IMG/VR virus record: IMGVR_UViG_3300010430_000004
Span: 1-64,000 of that record
Length of the DNA: 64,000 nt
Reading direction: 5' to 3' (one strand)
From: a virus
This document shows, piece by piece, positions 47,102 to 54,851 of the stretch (position 1 is its first letter; each line of letters begins with the position of its first letter). Below the pieces are notes generated by a model. It was given only the letters and a program-made list of their open reading frames with translations. It searched no databases and had not been told where the DNA came from. A program made the translations under genes and the position numbers.

Positions 47102-47272
47102 AATTGAACATTGAAAGCGTGGGTCACTCAGGGTAGCTGACATAGTGACATCTGGCTGTCCACCTTTTTACGCCTGATGAGGATTACCGAAACATAGAAA
47201 TATGTCGCGTGGAGTCTCCCCAGGACAGGAATAACTGGAGACCTAGGCTACCCACTCTTTGAATGTTCAATT
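47102..47272 (+). ncRNA. closed multibranch RNA leader containing the hammerhead
   Basis: AATTGAACATT/AATGTTCAATT and GGGTAGC/GCTACCC stems enclose the ribozyme. Confidence 0.7.
47166..47214 (+). ncRNA. type I hammerhead ribozyme (2-bp stem II)
   Basis: Stem I TTTTACGC/GCGTGGAG, CTGATGA, GG-ATTA-CC, GAAA, stem III CATA-GAAA-TATG, GTC; predicted cleavage after 47206. Confidence 0.88.
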
Positions 47273-47281
47273 AGAGGAATT

Positions 47282-47596
47282 ATGGATAAAGACTTTCTTG
47301 AACAGCTACAATTAATCATTTTTAATAAGGTTCGTCTAGAACCAGTAGGTTATACAGTCAAAATTTTGATGCCCTCTTCAATGTACGACCAGTGTATTGA
47401 CCATTTCACTGCACTGGGTATAAAACCGTATATAGGAAAATTGGAACTGTCTGGACAAAGCGGCCCCCATTATAGTTATGTAGTTTTGATAAATCCAGAC
47501 GCTGATGAAGTGGACCAACACGCAGTATCTGAAGCTGTAATGATTCCAGCTAAACTGGACGGTTTGGGTCCTATACTAGAATACGTCCATATCTAA
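47282..47596 (+). CDS. hypothetical protein
   Basis: GAGG RBS right after the hammerhead leader. Confidence 0.65.
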   Translation: MDKDFLEQLQLIIFNKVRLEPVGYTVKILMPSSMYDQCIDHFTALGIKPYIGKLELSGQSGPHYSYVVLINPDADEVDQHAVSEAVMIPAKLDGLGPILEYVHI

Positions 47597-47614
47597 TTTC
47601 GATATTAATATTTA

Positions 47615-47683
47615 TTCAAGGCATCCTAGAGTCGCGATAGGATGGTGGGAGTAAACCGCACGAAAGGCCCACTTCACCTTGGA
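47615..47683 (+). ncRNA. three-way-junction structured leader
   Basis: TTCAAGG/CCTTGGA encloses CATCCTA/TAGGATG and GTGGG/CCCAC hairpins. Confidence 0.6.
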
Positions 47684-47697
47684 TGTTTGGAGAATAT

Positions 47698-47901
47698 ATG
47701 ACAAAATATAAAAACATTTCTATTAGAATTCCAGCACATACAACCAACAATGGCAAAATCATAGGTTTATATTTTAATTTTCCTACCAAGTTTCATATAG
47801 AAAAAACAAAACTGCCATCTTCTACCAGATATATACTAGACCTAGCTATTCTTGGTTTTGGAATTTATATAAATATTGTCAGAGGTCTTGATGCCACATA
47901 A
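47698..47901 (+). CDS. hypothetical protein
   Basis: GGAG RBS. Confidence 0.55.
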   Translation: MTKYKNISIRIPAHTTNNGKIIGLYFNFPTKFHIEKTKLPSSTRYILDLAILGFGIYINIVRGLDAT

Positions 47902-48136
47902 AAATTATACTTGTTGTGACAGGAATATTTGTGAATGTGGAGAAAAAGAACACCGTACTCATGGCAGTCAAAAAGTAAAAATTGACATTAGAGAAGCGAC
48001 TAAAAAAATTGAATTAGCTTTCCATATAGAACAAAAATACCCCCAATTATCTCTTATAGAAATTAACAGAATAGTGGCAGGAATCCTAAAAGGCAATGTT
48101 CAGCTTTTAGATAAAAAGTCTGATATTAAAAAATAA
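47891..48136 (+). CDS. hypothetical Cys-rich protein
   Basis: GAGG RBS before ATG 47891. Confidence 0.55.
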   Translation: MPHKNYTCCDRNICECGEKEHRTHGSQKVKIDIREATKKIELAFHIEQKYPQLSLIEINRIVAGILKGNVQLLDKKSDIKK

Positions 48137-48209
48137 GTAGTAACTCAAGAGTAGAGTGCCATACCGAAAGAAGTATGAGGTGTGTCAGGTGCGAGTCCGG
48201 CCTACTTAG
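48134..48209 (+). tRNA. aberrant tRNA-like element (8-nt anticodon loop, bulged T stem)
   Basis: TAAGTAG/CTACTTA acceptor, ACTC/GAGT D stem, CATAC/GTATG stem, TGCGAGT T loop; no CCA. Confidence 0.6.
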
Positions 48210-48302
48210 ATGTTATCGTCGGGTGATTCAGAAATGAATCAAGGGAAGCAAGATAATCAGCTCAGTCTCTGTAGACACTAAACTCAGGGTTCTTGTAACA
48301 TC
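48209..48302 (+). ncRNA. structured RNA 3' of the tRNA-like element
   Basis: GATGTTA/TAACATC closing stem; TGATTCA-GAAA-TGAATCA hairpin. Confidence 0.45.
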
Positions 48303-48314
48303 GTTTTAAATTTA

Positions 48315-48345
48315 ACACCGAAACTAGTCCGGTGTAATTGACTAG
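48315..48345 (+). ncRNA. H-type pseudoknot upstream of an RBS
   Basis: ACACCG-AAA-CTAGTC-CGGTGT-AATT-GACTAG: two perfect 6-bp stems. Confidence 0.7.
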
Positions 48346-48364
48346 CCCAGATAAGGAGAAAATT

Positions 48365-48745
48365 ATGGCAGCGCCATTTATAATCAAATATGGTATAGAT
48401 GATTCCAATGGAACTCTTGGAGTTATAGAAACTAAAAAATCCAGAAAAGGAAATTATTACGAAAGAATCAATATTGGTTCTGGATGGGAATATAATCACC
48501 ACTACGAAAAAGATAAGGTATTTATTAACGATGGTTATCAATATGCTTATGCTGCCATAGTTGATTGGCTTTTAGGCAGAGATGATGAAATAGTTTATGA
48601 TCTTGATCTTAACACTGCTCCACCATTTCTTAAGGTTGAAAAAAGTAGTTGTTTTGTATATATCTCAGTAATAGACTTTGATGGTTTTGATATTGATGAA
48701 TTTCACAAATGGACAGAAAACAAAGTAATGGTAAGAGTTTGGTAA
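48365..48745 (+). CDS. hypothetical protein
   Basis: TAAGGAG RBS before ATG 48365. Confidence 0.65.
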   Translation: MAAPFIIKYGIDDSNGTLGVIETKKSRKGNYYERINIGSGWEYNHHYEKDKVFINDGYQYAYAAIVDWLLGRDDEIVYDLDLNTAPPFLKVEKSSCFVYISVIDFDGFDIDEFHKWTENKVMVRVW

Positions 48746-48842
48746 CGATATTAATAAACGGATATGCAGTCCACCGCGTATGATGCGTAGCTGGTCTTCT
48801 TTAAAGAATCATACTCTTGCCAGCGATTTTTTAGGAGAATTT

Positions 48843-49097
48843 ATGGAATTTTGGGTAACTCTTATTGGAGTACATAATTTACACGTAGATGGAGTAAAAG
48901 AAGCATTAGAAGCTAACTGTACTCATGTATTGAATGATTATTATATTTTTGAAGGTTCTCTTGAATATCTTGAAAATCATTACGGAGTAGAATTTTCTAG
49001 TCTTGGCGAAGGTGCGGTTCCATCTCTAGGAGATATGGATCAAGGTGCTCTTATTCATCTTTGCTTTGAAGTTTTTGGAATAGATGTGACTATATGA
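48843..49097 (+). CDS. hypothetical protein
   Basis: AGGAG RBS before ATG 48843. Confidence 0.6.
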   Translation: MEFWVTLIGVHNLHVDGVKEALEANCTHVLNDYYIFEGSLEYLENHYGVEFSSLGEGAVPSLGDMDQGALIHLCFEVFGIDVTI

Positions 49098-49209
49098 GTG
49101 CTTCCCTTTTTATTTTTATACTAGCAGTGATTGTACCACACGAAGCAGACACTATTGTTTGGTTTGCTTGGTTCATTTCACTTTTTATTGATTTTGAGTA
49201 GGAGAATTT

Positions 49210-49917
49210 ATGAACAGAAGAGATCTTTTAAAAACCGGAGCAGCACTTTCTGCCGTTGCATTTTTGCCTTTTTATAAAAGCAAAACAAAACCAAAGTGGG
49301 CAAAGGCTGATCATATTAAAACTTTAGATAGTTGTCTTTATCAGTATAATAAAAGAATAACCAAAGATCTTCCACCTGTTTATTACAAATGGGGAAAGAA
49401 ACTAAACGCATCAATAGATGCCAACACTACTACTTATATCAGGCAAATTTCTATAGAAATGGCAGCGCCCAATGTTACCAAACAAAATATCATAAATGAA
49501 ATTAAAGAAAAATGGAACGATGACTCTGCAATCTTAACTACTATTGGTGCAGAAGGGGCTTTTATCGATTTGGATACTGAAACCTTTAGAGCTCATAGAG
49601 ATATAGCTTCCCTTAAAAGATCCTTAAAACAAAACAGAGAATACGAAGATTCGAAAAGCATGACAGAATATAAGGAATGTATTATTGATAAAAATCCTCA
49701 GTATTCTAGAAAGTGGAGAGAATGGTACACTGAAAATAAAAGGCACATCCATGTATTGCCTGTGGGAGAAAAATCTATAATCAAAGAGTCTTATAAAACA
49801 AGCAATAGATTTTGTATAGACTCTTTTGCTAATCAAAACATTGCCGCCAGAGACAAGACTATTCAGGATATAAAAAATAAAGAAATTAACCCACTTTATT
49901 ATAGGTCCCTTATATGA
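49210..49917 (+). CDS. protein with twin-arginine (Tat) signal
   Basis: MNRRDLLKTGAALSAVAFLP. Confidence 0.7.
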   Translation: MNRRDLLKTGAALSAVAFLPFYKSKTKPKWAKADHIKTLDSCLYQYNKRITKDLPPVYYKWGKKLNASIDANTTTYIRQISIEMAAPNVTKQNIINEIKEKWNDDSAILTTIGAEGAFIDLDTETFRAHRDIASLKRSLKQNREYEDSKSMTEYKECIIDKNPQYSRKWREWYTENKRHIHVLPVGEKSIIKESYKTSNRFCIDSFANQNIAARDKTIQDIKNKEINPLYYRSLI

Positions 49918-50240
49918 AGAAAAGAAAAGCACCTAAAGTTATAGCTGGGGCTCGTGGGTTGTTTGTTAAAGACGGAGTGACTCATGGGTATGCTGTTGGT
50001 GTATCTGTGGTAGCTAACTATGCCAACATCTCTTTTGGTACCGTCAGGGTAGTAAAAGGTCTGGTAGAAAAGTTTACCGAACTCCAAGAATGCGAATTAC
50101 AAATCTTGGACCCTGCCACTAATGAAATAATACACAAATTAGACCTTAAAGATTATAAACCCTATATTACAGCTAATGATGGTTTATTTACTTGCCAAAT
50201 ACCGCTGAAGGTTGATAAGGAAAAAGATGAAGATAATTAA
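49914..50240 (+). CDS. hypothetical protein
   Basis: ATGA coupling. Confidence 0.6.
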   Translation: MKKRKAPKVIAGARGLFVKDGVTHGYAVGVSVVANYANISFGTVRVVKGLVEKFTELQECELQILDPATNEIIHKLDLKDYKPYITANDGLFTCQIPLKVDKEKDEDN

Positions 50241-50703
50241 AGCGCCAGCAACATTAAAAATTGAAGGACCTTCTGTATTCCTTGCAGGAAGCATAGAAAT
50301 GGGCAACGCTGTTGATTGGCAAAGTTCCATTACAGACTCTATAGAAGAATCTGGATTGTTCTGCACAGTATTGAATCCTAGAAGGGAAGACTGGGATTCT
50401 TCATGGTTGCAGAGTATAGAAGATCCACAATTCAAACAACAAGTAAGTTGGGAATTAAATGCTTTGGAAAAAGCAAAAGTAGTAGCTATGTATTTCGCGC
50501 CAGGGACAAAGAGCCCTATATCTTTGCTTGAGTTGGGCCTATACGCTGAAAGTGGCAAAATGATAGTGTGCTGCCCTCACGGTTTTTGGAGAAAAGGAAA
50601 TGTAGACGTAGTGTGCGAAAGGTATGGAATTCCAGTTGTCGAAACGCTCGAAGAACTGGCCGATGATATAATTGCTGAATTAGAACATTACGCCCGATAT
50701 TAA
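50227..50703 (+). CDS. nucleoside 2-deoxyribosyltransferase-like protein
   Basis: VFLAGSI..DWQ, LNPRR..W, QV.WEL, SPISLLELG, F.RKGNV. Confidence 0.88.
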   Translation: MKIIKAPATLKIEGPSVFLAGSIEMGNAVDWQSSITDSIEESGLFCTVLNPRREDWDSSWLQSIEDPQFKQQVSWELNALEKAKVVAMYFAPGTKSPISLLELGLYAESGKMIVCCPHGFWRKGNVDVVCERYGIPVVETLEELADDIIAELEHYARY

Positions 50704-50796
50704 TATTTAATATACCCTAAAGCCTGAGCTCAAGTGGCCAAATGCTGATGGAAAATCCCACAATCATTCAAATGCCCAATTAGGGTGGAGGTTGCC

Positions 50797-51438
50797 ATGA
50801 GCAAAAAAATAGAAGAATTCAAATACAGTTTTATAGTAGATATCATTACTCTTAAAGAATTCATTGAGAGAGTAGAAATTAAAGAGTTTGATGATTTATT
50901 TTATGCGTATAATGCGCAAGTATCAACGCCAGATTTTTCTGCTTTTTTAGAAGATGTAAATGATTATCCAGAAGAAGAAACTCACTATAAAAAGAAAGTG
51001 ACCTCAATGGTTAAAGCTAATGAAGAAAAGCTTTTTCTTAATTATGTTCTTAACAATGGCGAACATAGCTTTAAATGGAAAGTACCTATACAAGATTTTT
51101 ATGAAGACTTGGGCATAGATCACATGATGAACTTTGGCATGGCAAAATGTATAGTAAAGCTTGGCGCTAGAAGATATATGGTTGCTGACCCCTGCGATTT
51201 TGCCAGACTTCATGGAAAAAGAGGAAAAGGAGTCGTTGCTTATCATCACAATAGGCTTCTTATTAGAGAAATGATGCCTATAACTGAAAAGGAAGCTATT
51301 CGTAGGGCTAAAAAAATTATAGGAAGAAAACCCACAAAAGAAATGATCAAAAATTTAGAAGCAGCAGGTGAGGTCATTGAAAAAGCAAATGAACTTGTCA
51401 AAAAAATAAAAATTTCCAAAAATGACGATACTAAATAA
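50797..51438 (+). CDS. hypothetical protein
   Basis: GGAGG RBS; preceded by a leader closed by ACCCTAA/TTAGGGT. Confidence 0.65.
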   Translation: MSKKIEEFKYSFIVDIITLKEFIERVEIKEFDDLFYAYNAQVSTPDFSAFLEDVNDYPEEETHYKKKVTSMVKANEEKLFLNYVLNNGEHSFKWKVPIQDFYEDLGIDHMMNFGMAKCIVKLGARRYMVADPCDFARLHGKRGKGVVAYHHNRLLIREMMPITEKEAIRRAKKIIGRKPTKEMIKNLEAAGEVIEKANELVKKIKISKNDDTK

Positions 51439-51442
51439 GTAC

Positions 51443-51530
51443 ATCTATGCTATCTTACCCTGGAAAGGCGTATTGAATCATTCTGCGGATTCTGTAGGAA
51501 AGTAAGTCATAGATAGGGAGTAATTGCCCT
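51443..51530 (+). ncRNA. structured RNA 5' of the tRNA-like element
   Basis: ATCTATG/CATAGAT, CTTAC/GTAAG, CCT-GGAA-AGG, GAATC/GATTC. Confidence 0.5.
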
Positions 51531-51599
51531 GGAAAAGTAGTTTAATTGGTTAAAACCCCCTCGTTGAGGGGAATGTCGGTTCGAGTCCGGCCTTTTCCG
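51531..51599 (+). tRNA. tRNA-like element (Asn GTT-like) with anticodon arm 4 nt too short
   Basis: GGAAAAG/CTTTTCC, GTTT/AAAC, CCCTC-GTT-GAGGG, GTCGG-TTCGAGT-CCGGC; no CCA. Confidence 0.75.
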
Positions 51600-51617
51600 A
51601 TTTTTTTAGGAGAATTT

Positions 51618-51806
51618 ATGGAAAACATAGACAAATTATTTATATATTTCCTTATACAAACGTTCGTAGCGGCTGGAATTATGACTATATTTAAAGTTAT
51701 AGGCGTAGCACCAGAAAATTTAGATATGAATATGATATTTGCCATTGCTGTTGGAACAGGCGTGTTCTGGAGCGTTAAGTACCATCTTGGGCAAAATGGA
51801 AAATAA
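51618..51806 (+). CDS. small two-TM membrane protein
   Basis: AGGAG RBS; two hydrophobic helices. Confidence 0.6.
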   Translation: MENIDKLFIYFLIQTFVAAGIMTIFKVIGVAPENLDMNMIFAIAVGTGVFWSVKYHLGQNGK

Positions 51807-51977
51807 AGAAAAGAAAAATAAAAGATCCAAATATATTGGAAGGTTTGATGCTCTATCTGACGAGTATTCAAAAGTAAACAGAAGAAGAAGCCGAACATTA
51901 ACAGCAGACAATACAAGTACCCAGGGTCAACACTATAATGGGCACACATCAACTTCTGGTGGAAAAATGAGCACAAA

Positions 51978-52310
51978 ATGAATATTAGGTTTAACCCAAA
52001 AGGTTTGACAGAATCTTTTTCGGTAATATCTGTAGATTTTAGAAAAGATTCACCTAGAAGTTTTTGTCCTCACATGGGAAAGGTAAACTGGTTCAATTTA
52101 TATATAACCAATATATTATCTATACAAGACATGGGAAAATATAGAGAAATAAAAACAGATACGAGTGCTTCTGGAAATAGCCCCTATAGGCATCTTGTAA
52201 CTATAGGAGTTGGAAAAATGGATTCTAATGGAAGGCTTATATTCTTTGCACAAAACTCCCTACAAGACCTGATAGAGCAGTTAAAAAATTCAGGAGCAGA
52301 ACTGTATTAA
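51978..52310 (+). CDS. hypothetical protein
   Basis: ATGA coupling. Confidence 0.55.
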   Translation: MNIRFNPKGLTESFSVISVDFRKDSPRSFCPHMGKVNWFNLYITNILSIQDMGKYREIKTDTSASGNSPYRHLVTIGVGKMDSNGRLIFFAQNSLQDLIEQLKNSGAELY

Positions 52311-52320
52311 TCTTAAATAT
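52308..52320 (+). promoter_or_regulatory. late promoter, leaderless transcript
   Basis: TAATCTTAAATAT directly before ATG. Confidence 0.7.
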
Positions 52321-52521
52321 ATGAAATTAAAGTATTTGTCTGATTTGAAAAAAAATCAAAAAATTACACAAGGCTTAGAGAATCCTCACCAGCCTAAAAA
52401 GAACAGCATGGGACACAAATCTGGTGGACAGATCCTTCGCTACGGTTCAGATATATTTGCTAAACCTAAATCTAAGGTACCAAATAGCAAAATCGCCAGC
52501 AGATCTAAAAAAGACTACTAA
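52321..52521 (+). CDS. small basic putative internal head protein (MKLKY..DLKK leader)
   Basis: Shared leader; own late promoter. Confidence 0.65.
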   Translation: MKLKYLSDLKKNQKITQGLENPHQPKKNSMGHKSGGQILRYGSDIFAKPKSKVPNSKIASRSKKDY

Positions 52522-52643
52522 CACCTGATATTAAATTTTGAAGGAAAAAAGACTGTGAGCTAGTATCCTTTAGGGTGTGGCCCGTACCGACTTTTTCTTA
52601 TAGTTTTCTCACAGCTATAGGAAGGGCGCTTTTAGGAGATCTT

Positions 52644-52787
52644 ATGAAAACTTTTCTTAATGTTTTAGGTATAATAGGGGCTTTAGTTGCTCTTGTTCTT
52701 TTTATGAGCTGGATGGTAAGCTGTACCTGTGAAAGTGCTGGAACTTCAACTGTAGTTGTCGGTGGGCAAACTCACAGATGTCATTAG
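52644..52787 (+). CDS. small membrane peptide
   Basis: AGGAG RBS; one TM. Confidence 0.5.
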   Translation: MKTFLNVLGIIGALVALVLFMSWMVSCTCESAGTSTVVVGGQTHRCH

Positions 52788-53725
52788 AACAAATAAACCT
52801 TGGCTGGGGCAATCCGTATTTTCTTTTACAAATATTGAATGGAAGTATACTTCCAAAATTTATGAATTTTGAAGCCAGCGAATTAAGTTATCCTCCGAAA
52901 GATGGGTTAGAGGAGTTGAGAAACCTAACCAAACAGGTAATCAAAGAAACTACTGGCCTTGATTATGATCATATTATAATTACCAATGGCGCTACATCTG
53001 CTATTAATACTATTCTTAGATACGAAAAACCAAAATATGTATACACCCATGAATATGGTTATCCTCTTTATGATAAAATTATAAAAGGCAATAAAATGGT
53101 TAGAGTAAATGATCTTACTAGACCTAGACAACAAGATTGCATTGATTTAATAGATAGCCCAAGCAACCCTACTGGTAAACAAGTATTGTTTGCTCACGGT
53201 AATAATTCTATATGGGATGCTGTATATCATAGTTCAATATACACTTATAATTTAAACCTTTTCCCAAAAAATCACAAATATTATGTAGGCTCTTATAGTA
53301 AGTTATTGGGTCTAGCAGGATGCAGAGTAGGATTTATTGCTATAAACGACCCTTTCCTTCGAGATGAATTGTATTTTGAAAATTGGAAAGACTTAGCTGG
53401 AGTTTCTGCTCTTAGCCAAAAATTTTTAATAAACGTTTTAAAAGAAATAGACCTTCCAATGTTCTTAAAAAGTGGAGAAAAAAGCCTAAATTACAACAGA
53501 GAAGAATTCCAAAAAATAGAGCATTTATTCGGCAATCAATTAGTCAATGAAATTGGTATGTTTTATTGTGCTAAATGCGATGATAGGCTTTTCAAATTCT
53601 TAGATAAATGCAATATTCAATACGTTAAATTAGATAGTGAGACTATACGATTATCTATGGGTCACGAAAATGAAATAACAAAATCTGCCATTAGCAGAAT
53701 CAACCAAATGGACAAAATAAAATGA
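52778..53725 (+). CDS. PLP-dependent aminotransferase class I/II-like enzyme
   Basis: TNGAT, DSPSNPTG, WDAVY, SYSKLLGLAGCRVG. Confidence 0.9.
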   Translation: MSLEQINLGWGNPYFLLQILNGSILPKFMNFEASELSYPPKDGLEELRNLTKQVIKETTGLDYDHIIITNGATSAINTILRYEKPKYVYTHEYGYPLYDKIIKGNKMVRVNDLTRPRQQDCIDLIDSPSNPTGKQVLFAHGNNSIWDAVYHSSIYTYNLNLFPKNHKYYVGSYSKLLGLAGCRVGFIAINDPFLRDELYFENWKDLAGVSALSQKFLINVLKEIDLPMFLKSGEKSLNYNREEFQKIEHLFGNQLVNEIGMFYCAKCDDRLFKFLDKCNIQYVKLDSETIRLSMGHENEITKSAISRINQMDKIK

Positions 53726-54048
53726 TAGCTGTTTGTTTTATAGTTGGACTTTTAGTATATAGTGGCTTAGCTTACATTTCCTATGAAGATTCTATCAAAA
53801 ATTCTTGGTATTTTTATTATCTAGGAATAGGTATAGCAATAGTGGCAAACTTTGCATGGTTAACCATTGCCAAAACTGTTCCTGAAAATTCAAAAATATT
53901 GATATATGGATCTATATGGGATGCTATGATTTTGTTTACTTTTATAACTATACCTTTTATATTTTTTGAAATGAAATTAACCACAAAAGACTGGATTGGC
54001 CTTTCTTTGATAATATTAGGTATACTAATTGTGAAGGTTTTAAAATAA
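53722..54048 (+). CDS. four-TM membrane protein (SMR/DMT-like)
   Basis: Four hydrophobic helices; F.E.KLT...WIG..LI..G. Confidence 0.7.
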   Translation: MIAVCFIVGLLVYSGLAYISYEDSIKNSWYFYYLGIGIAIVANFAWLTIAKTVPENSKILIYGSIWDAMILFTFITIPFIFFEMKLTTKDWIGLSLIILGILIVKVLK

Positions 54049-54275
54049 TGAAAGATAAATTAAAAGAAGTAGAAAAAAATATCAAAGAATTAGTAGATAA
54101 AGCTGATTTGGAAATAGAAGAACAAATAGACAAATATTACAATGGTGCCGGATACTCTCACAATGTTATCAGCCTGATACTTAGCAATTTAGCCAAAAAG
54201 GTAGGAACTCATTACGCTAATGATTTGGTTCGTAAGCATGAGCTAGAAGAGATCTTTGGAATACCGGAGGCATGA
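54048..54275 (+). CDS. hypothetical protein
   Basis: TAATG coupling. Confidence 0.6.
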   Translation: MKDKLKEVEKNIKELVDKADLEIEEQIDKYYNGAGYSHNVISLILSNLAKKVGTHYANDLVRKHELEEIFGIPEA

Positions 54276-54850
54276 TGAATAAAATAATTAAATTTGTATG
54301 CGATCAGTTGGTAAAATGGTGCATTAAAAATAATAGAGTTTATAAAATTACAGGTGGGCCAGCAGGAGAAACTGTTTATCTTGTAAGGTATATTGTCCAC
54401 AAAAGTAAATTTGGTTGCATATATATACATAGATTTATGAGAAGTGACGCTGATGACCCACATGATCATCCTTGGAATTTTTGGACATACGTAGTCTCAG
54501 GTGGATATACTGAAATTTTTTACGATAAAACAAAACAAGTTACTGAAGCAGGCACTAGATCTGATGGTATAAGGTATTCTATTTTCCATGCTCTGTGGGT
54601 GGAAAAGTTCAATAAAAGAAAACCAGGTTCTATTGCTTATCGCAAAGCTACTGATATTCATCAGGTTGTTGTTGATAAATCCAGAAATATGGATGAAATC
54701 GAAGAAGCCCCCTATACAATATGTTTAATGGGGCCTAGACGAAGAGATTGGGGTTTTTGGCTGAAACCTTTGAAAGGTACTGGTTTTTTAGATTGGAGAG
54801 AATATTTATCAATAACTCCAGAAGATGAGAGAATTGAAGGGTCTGAGTAA
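54272..54850 (+). CDS. phage cupin-fold protein
   Basis: IH.F..SD.D.PHDHPW.F...V.SGGY.E ... H.V ... WGF. Confidence 0.8.
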   Translation: MMNKIIKFVCDQLVKWCIKNNRVYKITGGPAGETVYLVRYIVHKSKFGCIYIHRFMRSDADDPHDHPWNFWTYVVSGGYTEIFYDKTKQVTEAGTRSDGIRYSIFHALWVEKFNKRKPGSIAYRKATDIHQVVVDKSRNMDEIEEAPYTICLMGPRRRDWGFWLKPLKGTGFLDWREYLSITPEDERIEGSE

Positions 54851-54851
54851 A

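Noticed and set aside
48209-48302. HDV-like (theta) ribozyme after the tRNA-like element
   Set aside because: Could not assign the nested double pseudoknot or the catalytic C junction by eye
50740-50770. CTGATGG...GAAA as a second hammerhead
   Set aside because: The core deviates from CUGANGA, and stems I-III with an NUH site cannot be formed
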